Shown piece by piece: positions 45,519 to 54,451 of a DNA stretch of 57,504 bases. Positions within the stretch are counted from its first letter, which is position 1. Each line of letters begins with the position of its first letter. A model generated the notes under the pieces. That model did no database searches and had not been told where the DNA came from. It worked only from the letters and a program-made list of their open reading frames with translations. The position numbers and the translations under genes were made by a program. Where the stretch lies: IMG/VR virus record IMGVR_UViG_3300036792_000158, positions 1 to 57,504 of that record; one strand, given 5' to 3'. This stretch comes from a virus (Duplodnaviria > Caudoviricetes).

Positions 45519-47132
45519 CTATGCAGCCCGGCCCGTCGCGGGCGGCTGCCGGGCCGGTTCGCCGGCGGGCACGTCCGCTCCCTCGGGGTTCAGATCGGCG
45601 CCGGCCGGGGCGTCGGGTTGCTTCGAGAACCCGACAGCGAATTCCAGCCCCAGCTCCTCCTCGCGCTTGTGGTCGGCCGCGATCCGCTCGTCGGTTGCCA
45701 GCGCATCCTCGCCGGTGCTCTCGATCACGTCGGAGCGCGCCTTGAAGCCCGAGTCGACGGCCAGCTTCTCGGCCTGCATGTCCTTAAGCGGGTCGACCCA
45801 ATCCCATTTCGGGGTGATCCACTTCACCCGCCGCAATACGCGCTGATTGCGCGGATAACCCGGCAAATACACGGTTCCGGCCAGCACTGCCGCGTCCATG
45901 AAGTTGTTCCAGACCGGCCGGCAGAATTGATAGATGAGCGTCTGCCACTGAAATTGCTCGATGCGCCGCTTTACTTCCAACAGCGCCGCGCGAAGCGAGC
46001 TGTAGTTGGACCGGCTTACGTCGCCCGTGACCGCATGATAGGGCAGCCCCATCGAGGCGCAGAGCGTATAGAGATTCCTGACCTGGAAGTTTTCGTAATT
46101 CGGGCCGACATCCGCCGGGTTCGAGAACTTCACGTCGAACCCTTGCGGCAGGATGTTCATCACCGAGGGCTCCATCATCAGATCGGCCAGCCCCGCCTCG
46201 TCAGGGTCGCTTGCACCATCGAGGAGACCGGAAGCGGCCGCGTCCTGATTTAGCCCTTTGGTCAGGAACGCCATGAACATCGCGGCGCCTTTTTTGCGCG
46301 ACAGCTCGGCGTCGTCGTATTGGTCGAGGTCGTACATCTTCACCATGCCGCTGGTCAGCCAGGGACGGCCGCGGATTTGCCCCGGGCGCAGCGGCTTGAA
46401 GATGTGAATAATGTTCGCGGCCGGAATGCGCATGCGCTCCAAATTGAAGCCGCTGATAATCGTTGAGTCGCCTGGGTGCTCCCGAAAGAACCAATAGGCG
46501 ACGCGCTGCCCGCCGGCATCGAACTCGACCCCTTGCCGGATCGGGTTGCCGGTCGGCCCCACGGCCATCGTGTAGGCCATGTCGAGCTGCTCAGATTCGA
46601 GCAACTGCAGCTGGAATGGCACCGTCAGCCCGTCGACGATCGCCCGCGGCCGAAGGCGGACGAAGACTTCGCCGGCATCGAACAGCGCGCGCGCCGCGAT
46701 CTGCTGCAGCCCATAAAAATCCGTCAGCCCGTCGGCGTCCGCCTCGTCCGTCCAGTCGTTGAACGCCTGCTCGACCGCGGTCTTCTGACGCTCTGACGTG
46801 ATCAGGCTGGACGGCTTGATGCCGGTGCCGGCGGCATAGCCGGCGAACACTTCCGAGGCGTTGGAGCCATAGGGCGAGTTGGCAACGAGCGAACGCGATC
46901 GGGCGCGAAGCGTGGGCCCTTCAGTCGCCAGCAGCGTATTGATATGCGCTCGCGTTGGTCGCCACGGCGAAAGCCGGCGCGCCTGCGAGGCGGCTTCATA
47001 GCCGGTGCTCGGGATCGGCGCCGCGGCGCTATCGCTCGGCGAAAACCCGTCCGTCGCATCGAGCCGGCGCGCCAGGCGGCCGAGCCCGCTGGCGAGTCGG
47101 CTGCGCAACGAAGGGCGAGGGGTGGTCTGCAT
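45519..47132 (-). CDS. Portal protein (lambda gpB family)
   Basis: LRARSR..AGEVF..QIRGRPW..NYSS.R..WVDPLKD. Confidence 0.93.
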   Translation of the reverse strand: MQTTPRPSLRSRLASGLGRLARRLDATDGFSPSDSAAAPIPSTGYEAASQARRLSPWRPTRAHINTLLATEGPTLRARSRSLVANSPYGSNASEVFAGYAAGTGIKPSSLITSERQKTAVEQAFNDWTDEADADGLTDFYGLQQIAARALFDAGEVFVRLRPRAIVDGLTVPFQLQLLESEQLDMAYTMAVGPTGNPIRQGVEFDAGGQRVAYWFFREHPGDSTIISGFNLERMRIPAANIIHIFKPLRPGQIRGRPWLTSGMVKMYDLDQYDDAELSRKKGAAMFMAFLTKGLNQDAAASGLLDGASDPDEAGLADLMMEPSVMNILPQGFDVKFSNPADVGPNYENFQVRNLYTLCASMGLPYHAVTGDVSRSNYSSLRAALLEVKRRIEQFQWQTLIYQFCRPVWNNFMDAAVLAGTVYLPGYPRNQRVLRRVKWITPKWDWVDPLKDMQAEKLAVDSGFKARSDVIESTGEDALATDERIAADHKREEELGLEFAVGFSKQPDAPAGADLNPEGADVPAGEPARQPPATGRAA

Positions 47133-47134
47133 CT

Positions 47135-47914
47135 TTAGCCGACCGTGTCGATGACCCAGAAATTGGACGCAAGATCGCCGCGCAGCACGTATTCGTACGG
47201 CATTAGGAAGTAACCTCGCAGCCCCCAATTGGCGGCCCAGCTGTTGCGGACGAGGAAGTTTCGGTCGCCGTCATCGTAGCCGGCGATCATCACCGCATGA
47301 CCGCCCAGCGTGCGTTCGGCGGGCGCCGGGAGCGGCAGCCGGCCGCCGGTCGCGACCGTCTCGCCATCGAGCGCGGAGAAGCAGGAGAACCCGAACACGA
47401 CGGGATCTTTGGCGGCAAGCGCGCCGCGTATCTGCTGGGCGATCTGCGGCACGGCGCGATAGCGCAGCGCCCGATCCTTCAGCGCCGCCTGGTAGCACTG
47501 CTGCGGCGGGGCATCGGTGAACTTCGAGGGATCGTAGGGCCACCCGTCCGGGCCGTCCTCGAAGCAGGTGCCGTTCTGCGCCACCATCTTGATGCCATCG
47601 CGGATTTCCGCGCCGGCATCGCTCTGGACTGTGCCTTCGAGCTGGCGTTCCTCGAAATAGATCATCAGCCGCGACGGCACCCGATCGGCGTCCGGGAGCC
47701 CCTGCCGCATCCGATCGTATTGCAGCGCGCCGGCGATGGCGTTGGCGGTGCAGCTGCCGAGCTGGCCTTGGTCATATACCGGCGGCATTTGCGGCCGCAG
47801 ATCGACCATTGTCGGAAGATTGCCGGTGATAGGCGCCGAATACATCAGATCGCGGTGATCGGGCAGTTGCGGGCGCCAGCCGAGCCCGCGTCCGTTCGGG
47901 GTGTGATGCGCCAT
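47135..47914 (-). CDS. C1A papain-family cysteine peptidase
   Basis: DQGQLGSCTANA, GGHAV, RNSW..WG..GYF; AAACAGGAG RBS. Confidence 0.92.
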   Translation of the reverse strand: MAHHTPNGRGLGWRPQLPDHRDLMYSAPITGNLPTMVDLRPQMPPVYDQGQLGSCTANAIAGALQYDRMRQGLPDADRVPSRLMIYFEERQLEGTVQSDAGAEIRDGIKMVAQNGTCFEDGPDGWPYDPSKFTDAPPQQCYQAALKDRALRYRAVPQIAQQIRGALAAKDPVVFGFSCFSALDGETVATGGRLPLPAPAERTLGGHAVMIAGYDDGDRNFLVRNSWAANWGLRGYFLMPYEYVLRGDLASNFWVIDTVG

Positions 47915-48000
47915 CACGGCTCCTGTTTCTTGATAAACAACGGTGTGCGCCGCTAATGTGCCGCATTGGCTCGCCCCAGGAAAGGCCGATGCGCTTGTCT

Positions 48001-48017
48001 GTTCCTTAAGACGCAAC
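48001..48017. promoter_or_regulatory. 17-bp operator-like site in the divergent late promoter region
   Basis: GTTCCTTAAGACGCAAC. Confidence 0.6.
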
Positions 48018-48038
48018 GGATTCGGAGAGGAAGCGCCG

Positions 48039-50081
48039 GTGCTCGCGAGCACTCGAACCGTCGGACAGGACGCATTCTCGCCGGATTTTCTGGCGAACGC
48101 GGCCCGGCGTGCGGCGATCGTCGCGGCGGCCGTTCTGGAACCTCCGCCGGAAGTCGATCTCAACGCGTGGGCAAAGAATCATCTGGTGGTCGGGACGGAA
48201 AGCCCCTTCCCCGGCCGCTACGACGGCTCGCGATTCCCGTTCTTCACCGAAATCCTGATCGTGCTCGGCCCCGAGGAGCCGGCGCGCGTGATCGTCGTGC
48301 GCGGCTCGGCGCAGATCGGGAAGACGTTCCTGGCACAAATCTTCATCGCCGCGTCGCTCGATCTCGATCCGGGCCAGATCCTCTACGTTCACCCGACCGA
48401 GCCCAACGCGATCCGATTCGCCCGGACGAAACTGCGGCCGATGATCCGGTCGACACCGCGACTCGCCGAAATACTCGAGGCGAAGCAGTCGAAGGAAGGC
48501 GGCAACAGCACGCTTTATCAGGAACGAAAAGACGGTCGCGGCTCGATCCTGCTGGGCGGCGCCAACTCGGCCGCCTCGCTCTCGCTGGTGACGGCGAAGC
48601 GCCAGGTGCAGGACGATCTGGCGAAATGGGAAAAGAATTCAGCCGGCGATCCCGAGAGCCAGGCCGACAATCGCTCGAAAGCCTTCGACGACGCGAAGAT
48701 CCTGAAGATCAGCACGCCGCTTCTAGCCGGCAGCTGTCGGATCACCCGGGCCTTTGAAGGCAGCACACAGCATAATTTCCATGTGCCGTGCCCGCATTGC
48801 GGCCATGAACATCCGCTCGAACCTGACAACTTCATCGAGCACATCGACCCCGAGCATCCCGAGCTGGCGCACTTCACCTGCCCCGCTTGCGATGGCGAGA
48901 TTTACGAGCGTCATCGGCGGGCAATGGTGCGCGCAGGCCGTTGGGTGGCGCACAATCCCGGCGCGGCGAACATCGGCTTTTCGCTGTGGGCTGCATATGC
49001 GCCGCTCGAAAGCTGGGAGCGGATCGCCCGCGGTTATCTCGACGCGCAGGGCGATCCGACGAGCGAGCAGACCTGGTGGAACGACACCGCTGGAAGGGCC
49101 TACGAATTGCCGGGCGAGGCGCCACCGTGGCGGGATTTGAAGGTGCGCGCCGAGGCCCGCGGCCGCCAGCTCGGCCAGGTGCCGAAGGGCGCGATCCTGC
49201 TGACGCTCTCGCTCGACGCGCAGGACGATTATCTCGACGGCGTCGTGATTGGCTGGGGGCGCGACCTGCGCCGCTGGGTGATCGCCCGCGTCCGTGTCGA
49301 AGGCCACATCGCGAACCCGGAGACCCGCCAGGAACTGAACCGGCTGGTGGCGTTCGAATGGCCGACGTTCTGCGGCACCCGTCGCGCGGTCGATCTGACC
49401 GGCATCGATGCGAATGCTTGGACGGACGATGTTTTCGACTGGACGCAAGGCCACCCGAAATCGAAGGTGATCATGCTGCGCGGCGTCCGAGGCGACGCCG
49501 CACCGACGCTCTCGATGGTGCGCCGCGAGCGCCGGCCTGACGGTCGCCCGGTGAAATATCAGGGGCGGTTCTTCAATGTCGGGGTCAATGGCCTTAAGGG
49601 CGCGCTCTACAAATTCCTACGCGTTGAGAACCCGGAAGCGCGCGGCTATGTCGATTTCCCGGCCGGGCTCGACGATGACTATTACGAGCAGCTGACATCG
49701 GAGAAGCGGACGCCGAAAATCGACCGCTCGGGTTTTGCGGTCTATGCCTGGATCAAGCCGCGCGGTCAGCGCAACGAACAGCTCGACGTGATGGTCTACG
49801 GCCAGGCGCTCGCCTGGCGGCTGGGCTGGCGCGTGATGCACGATCGGCATTGGGATCGGTTGACCGCCCAGCGCGAGCCCGAGGGCGCGCCGTTATCCGA
49901 CGAGCACGCCGCGAACGAGTTTTGGAGCCATGAGGCAGCCATTCGCAGCGCGCCCGACACCATCGCGGAAGTGCTGCAGCAGCCCGCGCTGCCCCCGACG
50001 TTACCGCGGCCGAGCGCTATTCCGCCGGCGCCGCGCCGCACCGTGATCAGAAGCCGTTTCGGCGGCGGGAGGCGTTTCTAA
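48039..50081 (+). CDS. terL: Terminase large subunit (gpA family)
   Basis: GSAQIGKT, KISTP, CPHC/CPAC, SLDAQ, QLTSE, RNEQLD. Confidence 0.95.
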   Translation: MLASTRTVGQDAFSPDFLANAARRAAIVAAAVLEPPPEVDLNAWAKNHLVVGTESPFPGRYDGSRFPFFTEILIVLGPEEPARVIVVRGSAQIGKTFLAQIFIAASLDLDPGQILYVHPTEPNAIRFARTKLRPMIRSTPRLAEILEAKQSKEGGNSTLYQERKDGRGSILLGGANSAASLSLVTAKRQVQDDLAKWEKNSAGDPESQADNRSKAFDDAKILKISTPLLAGSCRITRAFEGSTQHNFHVPCPHCGHEHPLEPDNFIEHIDPEHPELAHFTCPACDGEIYERHRRAMVRAGRWVAHNPGAANIGFSLWAAYAPLESWERIARGYLDAQGDPTSEQTWWNDTAGRAYELPGEAPPWRDLKVRAEARGRQLGQVPKGAILLTLSLDAQDDYLDGVVIGWGRDLRRWVIARVRVEGHIANPETRQELNRLVAFEWPTFCGTRRAVDLTGIDANAWTDDVFDWTQGHPKSKVIMLRGVRGDAAPTLSMVRRERRPDGRPVKYQGRFFNVGVNGLKGALYKFLRVENPEARGYVDFPAGLDDDYYEQLTSEKRTPKIDRSGFAVYAWIKPRGQRNEQLDVMVYGQALAWRLGWRVMHDRHWDRLTAQREPEGAPLSDEHAANEFWSHEAAIRSAPDTIAEVLQQPALPPTLPRPSAIPPAPRRTVIRSRFGGGRRF

Positions 50082-50620
50082 TGCCCCGGATAAGTCGCAA
50101 TTTCCCGACGGCGCAGCCGAGCGGAAGCCAGCACTACACGGTGGATTTCACCGGCTATCTGCCGGCCGGCAGCAATCTCGCCTCGGCGGTCTGGGATCTG
50201 TCCGTTGATCGGACGCTTTCCGGCTTCGCACCCGATTCGAGCCCGAATGCGCGCAAGATCGGCGCGCCCGCGATCGACGGGAGCACGAGCACCCAGGAGA
50301 TCGGCGGGACGGTCGCCGGCAACGATTACGTGGTGACGGTGACGGGCGCCACGGACGCCGGCGACGAAGTGGTGCTGTGGACGATCCTGCCGTCGCGATC
50401 GGCCGGCAGCGCGGGAGTGACCGTTGACGATCGCGTGCGGCGGCTCGCTTCGATCGAGCGGGCGCGCGACAGCGGCGTGCTGACGGTGCGGCACGGCGAC
50501 ACCCAGACGACGTTCCGCACGCTGGCCGAAATGGACGAGATCATCTATCGGCTGCGCCGCGAGATTTACGGCATCAATCAGACGAAGCGCTTGCGCATCC
50601 TGACGACGAAGGGCCTGTGA
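50081..50620 (+). CDS. Ig-like adaptor domain fused to gpW-like head-tail joining domain
   Basis: N-half YTVDF..SAVW..GG..AG.DY.VT; C-half ARDSGVLTVRHGD..TFRTLAEM. Confidence 0.7.
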   Translation: MPRISRNFPTAQPSGSQHYTVDFTGYLPAGSNLASAVWDLSVDRTLSGFAPDSSPNARKIGAPAIDGSTSTQEIGGTVAGNDYVVTVTGATDAGDEVVLWTILPSRSAGSAGVTVDDRVRRLASIERARDSGVLTVRHGDTQTTFRTLAEMDEIIYRLRREIYGINQTKRLRILTTKGL

Positions 50621-51252
50621 TGCAGAGCGGGCGCCGGATACATCGCGGCCAGAACGGCGCAGCGCGCCGGCCGCGCCAGGGGTTGCCGCCCGGGTTCAAG
50701 ATGGCGACGAAGATCGTCCAACGCTCCACGGCGTCGCTGCTGCCTTATGCGCGCAACGCCCGCGTGCACAGCGAAGCCCAGCTCGACGCGCTCGAACGGG
50801 CGATGCGGCGGTTCGGCTTCGTCACGCCGGTCGCGGTCGATGACGCGGGCGGCATCTGGGCCGGGCACGCCCGCGTCATCGTCGCCCATGATCGCCTCGG
50901 GCTTACGCGCGTGCCGACGATCGACATCAGCTACCTGAGCCCCGAAGAACGGCGCGCCTATGCGCTCGCCGACAATCAGATCGCTCTGCTGGCGAGCTGG
51001 GACGAGGAGCTGCTGACCGGCGAGCTGGCCGATCTACAGCTGGGCGGCTTCGATCTCGACGCGATCGGCTTCTCGGATGCGGACCTGGCCGGGCTCGGCG
51101 TCGGCGGGCCGGGCCAGCCCGGCGACGCGCCGCGCGAGAAGGTGCCGTCCTCGTGGGCGGTGGTGGTCGAGTGCAAAGACGAGGCCGACCAGGTGGCGCT
51201 GATCGATCGCCTGCAGGCCGACGGCTACAAGGTGAAAGGTACGATCGGATGA
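50617..51252 (+). CDS. ParB/Srx-like protein
   Basis: PYARNARVH..FGF..P..AGHAR..LADNQIA..WD..LL. Confidence 0.88.
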   Translation: MMQSGRRIHRGQNGAARRPRQGLPPGFKMATKIVQRSTASLLPYARNARVHSEAQLDALERAMRRFGFVTPVAVDDAGGIWAGHARVIVAHDRLGLTRVPTIDISYLSPEERRAYALADNQIALLASWDEELLTGELADLQLGGFDLDAIGFSDADLAGLGVGGPGQPGDAPREKVPSSWAVVVECKDEADQVALIDRLQADGYKVKGTIG

Positions 51253-52385
51253 AGATCGACATCACCCGCGAATGCGAGGTCGAGCGCAGCGCGCGCGTCG
51301 TGCAGGTGGCCGGCATGTTCGATGTCGACGTCGGCGACAAAAGCCGCGTCCACATCGCCGGCGAGCTGCCGATCGAGGAGCGCGAGTGGAACATCGGGCT
51401 GATCGTCGGGCCCTCGGGCTCGGGGAAGTCCAGCGTCGCCCGCGAAATCTTCGGCGGCGCGCTCGTCACCGGCTATGACTGGCCGGCCGATCGCAGCATT
51501 CTCGACGGCTTCCCCGACATCGGGATCAAGGAGATCACCGGGCTCCTCAACGCCGTCGGCTTCGGCTCGGTGCCGAACTGGCTGCGGCCGTTCCATGTTC
51601 TGTCCAACGGCGAGCAATTCCGGGCGACGGTCGCCCGCGCGCTCGCCGAGACCCGCGATCTGGTGGTGATCGACGAGTTCACCAGCGTTGTCGATCGCCA
51701 GGTCGCCAAGATCGCCTCTCACTGTGTCCAGAAGGCCGTGCGCAACGCCGGCCGGAAGCTGATCGCCGTAGCATGCCATTACGACATCCTCGAATGGCTG
51801 CAACCGGATTGGGTGTTCGAGCCCCATCTGGCGGCGTTCGAATGGAGGGAGCTTCAGCGACGACCCCAAATCACCGTTGAAATCCGCTCTGTTGGTCGAG
51901 AGGTCTGGCACCGATTTAGCCAGTATCACTATCTGACCGCATCGCTGAACCCGGCCTCGTTCTGCGTCGGCGCGTTCATCGAGGGGAAGTGCGTCGGGTT
52001 CTGCGCCATCGCGAAGTTCCCGCATCCGAAGGCGCACAACATCTTCGCCGAGCATCGGACGGTGGTGCTGCCCGACTATCAGGGGCTCGGGCTCTCGCGC
52101 GCGATGACGGAATGGATCGGGCGGCACCTGTGGGAGCGCGGGTTCCGGTTTCATGCGGTGACGTCGCACCCGGCGATCATCGCGCAGAAGGCCAATTCGC
52201 CGCGTTGGAGATTGATGCGACATGGCACACAAAGCCCCGGCGGGCGACGAGCCGACCCCGGCTTCAAAAAGCACCAAGCCAAATTCAGCGAACGGCGGAT
52301 TTCCGCGGCTTTCGCCTACTGTGCCCCTGACGGCACACAGACAAGCCACAAACCCGAATGGTCCGGGCCGCTGCTGGGGCGATGA
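51249..52385 (+). CDS. ABC-type ATPase fused to GNAT acetyltransferase
   Basis: GPSGSGKS, LSNGEQ, VIDEFTS, CHYD; HYL..RTVVLPDYQGLGL. Confidence 0.88.
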   Translation: MKIDITRECEVERSARVVQVAGMFDVDVGDKSRVHIAGELPIEEREWNIGLIVGPSGSGKSSVAREIFGGALVTGYDWPADRSILDGFPDIGIKEITGLLNAVGFGSVPNWLRPFHVLSNGEQFRATVARALAETRDLVVIDEFTSVVDRQVAKIASHCVQKAVRNAGRKLIAVACHYDILEWLQPDWVFEPHLAAFEWRELQRRPQITVEIRSVGREVWHRFSQYHYLTASLNPASFCVGAFIEGKCVGFCAIAKFPHPKAHNIFAEHRTVVLPDYQGLGLSRAMTEWIGRHLWERGFRFHAVTSHPAIIAQKANSPRWRLMRHGTQSPGGRRADPGFKKHQAKFSERRISAAFAYCAPDGTQTSHKPEWSGPLLGR

Positions 52386-52448
52386 CGACTGGATCGAGGA
52401 GCTGATCGGTCGGGCCGGCGCTCCGCGATGACGCCAAAGCGGCGGGCG

Positions 52449-52811
52449 CTACTTGCGCCCGCCTCGCACGATCGACGGCGGCGGGTAATCGTCCGCGTGG
52501 CGTTCCGGCCAGACCCCGGTGTTGAGCCACTGCCGACACGCGCGATTCATGTAGGGGTCGAGCCCCGGCAACTCGTCATAAATGCGACAGAACTCGATCA
52601 CGCGCCATACGCCCTCGATCTGCGCGTCTGTGACGACGGGCTCCTGCTGCTGCTGTTGTGCCTCGCTGAGATCCGGCGGCTTCGGCGGGATGAGCGCTTC
52701 GGCGCCGAGGGCTGCGGCCGTCAGGCCGAGCAGGGCGCCGAGCAGCGTGGCGGCGGTGGCGATCGGTACTCTCATGCGCGCGATCGTCGCGCGAAATGGT
52801 TGCCAGACCAT
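52449..52811 (-). CDS. Secreted or membrane-anchored hypothetical protein
   Basis: Hydrophobic N-region, two Cys; start uncertain. Confidence 0.5.
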   Translation of the reverse strand: MVWQPFRATIARMRVPIATAATLLGALLGLTAAALGAEALIPPKPPDLSEAQQQQQEPVVTDAQIEGVWRVIEFCRIYDELPGLDPYMNRACRQWLNTGVWPERHADDYPPPSIVRGGRK

Positions 52812-52908
52812 TACCGACTCCCCGACAAGATCAGCAGGATCAGAAGCAGCGCCGGCAGCGGGTAGCGCAGCGCGAGATAGACGACGACGCCGACGGCGAG
52901 GGCGATCA

Positions 52909-53451
52909 TCAGGCGGCCTCCTCGTCCAAGGGCCGCTGCACCGCGCCGCCGCCGCTCTCGCTCGACACGACGCGCCCGGCGTCATAGCCGAAGGGGAAGC
53001 GCCAGCCCGGCTCGGCGCAGACCCAGATGTGGTAGGAATTGGCCGTGTCCATGAGTCGACTCTCGGCCGGATACAGCTCGATCCCCTCGCACTCAGGGCC
53101 GACCAGCTCGTTTTTAATCCGCTGCATGTCGCGCCAGTCGCGGATCGGCGCGCGATCGAAGCGACGAATGGACAGGTGCACCACGGGCATTTCCCCGCCG
53201 GGCCCGCTCAGCCAGCGCCGCCGATGCACCGTGTATTGATCGTTTTTCCAAATCTCGCTGTTCTCGGTCTCGTCCATGAGGTTCGCGCGGACTTGCTCGG
53301 CCGTGACCTCGGGGCAAATTCGTCGAGCCATCGCGATGTGCTCGGCGATCTGCGCTTCGGTCAGCGGCACGCGCACCCCGCGTTGGAGCGGCACCCAGCC
53401 ATGTTTCGCCTTGGCCGCGCGTCGTTGCTTTCGATTGAGCGTCTGTTTCAT
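52909..53451 (-). CDS. Hypothetical phage protein
   Basis: HLSIRR..DWRDMQRIKNEL.G.E..E.YP..H.W; ACAGGAGA RBS. Confidence 0.8.
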   Translation of the reverse strand: MKQTLNRKQRRAAKAKHGWVPLQRGVRVPLTEAQIAEHIAMARRICPEVTAEQVRANLMDETENSEIWKNDQYTVHRRRWLSGPGGEMPVVHLSIRRFDRAPIRDWRDMQRIKNELVGPECEGIELYPAESRLMDTANSYHIWVCAEPGWRFPFGYDAGRVVSSESGGGAVQRPLDEEAA

Positions 53452-53553
53452 GGTGTGATCTCCTGTGGGCAGAGCGATCGACCCAATCCCCAGGATTTTA
53501 GCGAAATCCGGGGACTTTCCAGCGGGTCGACGTTGCTTATAAACGATATGCGC

Positions 53554-53570
53554 GTTGCGTCATAGACAAC
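53554..53570. promoter_or_regulatory. 17-bp operator-like site
   Basis: GTTGCGTCATAGACAAC within a longer palindrome. Confidence 0.6.
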
Positions 53571-53730
53571 GCGCGATCCCGTCTAGGGCCGAGCGCCCCT
53601 GAGCGGGTCGGGGCTTCGAGCGCATTCCCAGCGCGCCCCGATCGCCGATCGCGCTAGGCGCCCGCCCCTCGCCCCCGCAGACGCGATCCCGTCGCGGGCC
53701 AGCGTCGCCGAGCTGGGGGTAAGCTGGGGC

Positions 53731-53753
53731 GCGCTGGGGAGCGTCCCCAGCGC
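53731..53753. terminator. GC-rich hairpin after the ASCH gene
   Basis: GCGCTGGGGA-GCG-TCCCCAGCGC. Confidence 0.45.
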
Positions 53754-54124
53754 TAGCCCGTCTCCCTCGCGCTCCCTGCGCCCCGATAGACGCGAAGCCC
53801 GATCAGCGCGAGTTCAGCATCGGGGGAAAGATCGGGATAGACGCGTTCGAGCGAAGCCCGGGCGCCCTGGATTTGAGACAAACACGGGTCGCCCGCCCGC
53901 ATCACGTCGAAACTCAAGACGCGGGCGATAAGCGACGGGTGCAGCTTGATGTTGAAATTCGGAGCGATCCGCACCCAGCGCCCCGGGTAGTACGCTTTGC
54001 GCGTGAAGGGCGCGCGGTGCAGGCGATATTCGATCGTCTTCCGGCCGGCCTCGTATTCGTCGTAATAGCAGCGCTTCACGACAATGAGCGGGAAACGCCC
54101 GTTGATCGGCGGGTTGTCGTTCAT
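53753..54124 (-). CDS. ASCH/PUA-like protein
   Basis: YYDEYEAGRKTIEYR (GxKxxExR); ATGA overlap with the HTH gene. Confidence 0.72.
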   Translation of the reverse strand: MNDNPPINGRFPLIVVKRCYYDEYEAGRKTIEYRLHRAPFTRKAYYPGRWVRIAPNFNIKLHPSLIARVLSFDVMRAGDPCLSQIQGARASLERVYPDLSPDAELALIGLRVYRGAGSARETG

Positions 54125-54339
54125 GGCGTCTCCATTTCTCGGGCGACATCGCGCTCGAATTTCAGCGCCAGCGCCGCGAGGGCGACGGCGCGCGGGATCC
54201 TGTCGAGCGGCGTGCCGCTGCTGGTCACGCCCTGCTCGTAGTAGCGATATGTGCGAATGTTCACGTCGAGGCGTCGCGCCGCGCTGGTCTGCGGCAAGGC
54301 CATCGCCTCGCGCCATTGCTTCAATTCGTTTGCGGTCAT
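54121..54339 (-). CDS. Small XRE HTH protein (Aca-like)
   Basis: MTANELKQWRE..QTSAARRLDVNIRTYRYYEQG..IPRAVALA. Confidence 0.82.
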   Translation of the reverse strand: MTANELKQWREAMALPQTSAARRLDVNIRTYRYYEQGVTSSGTPLDRIPRAVALAALALKFERDVAREMETP

Positions 54340-54412
54340 CGGCGTCTCCGATTATCTGAAAGCCCTCTGATGGTCGCGCGTCGTCTCCTGTGGCGCTCGG
54401 CCGACGGGGCAA

Positions 54413-54443
54413 GCGGCGGGGGCTGTCCAGAGCCGCCCGCCGC
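54413..54443 (-). promoter_or_regulatory. CUGGA-loop hairpin
   Basis: Minus strand GCGGCGGG-C-GGCT-CTGGAC-AGCC-CCCGCCGC, then ACAGGAGA. Confidence 0.72.
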
Positions 54444-54451
54444 AACCCCAC

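Noticed and set aside
51249-52385. ABC transporter
   Set aside because: No permease nearby, and the ATPase is fused to a GNAT domain.
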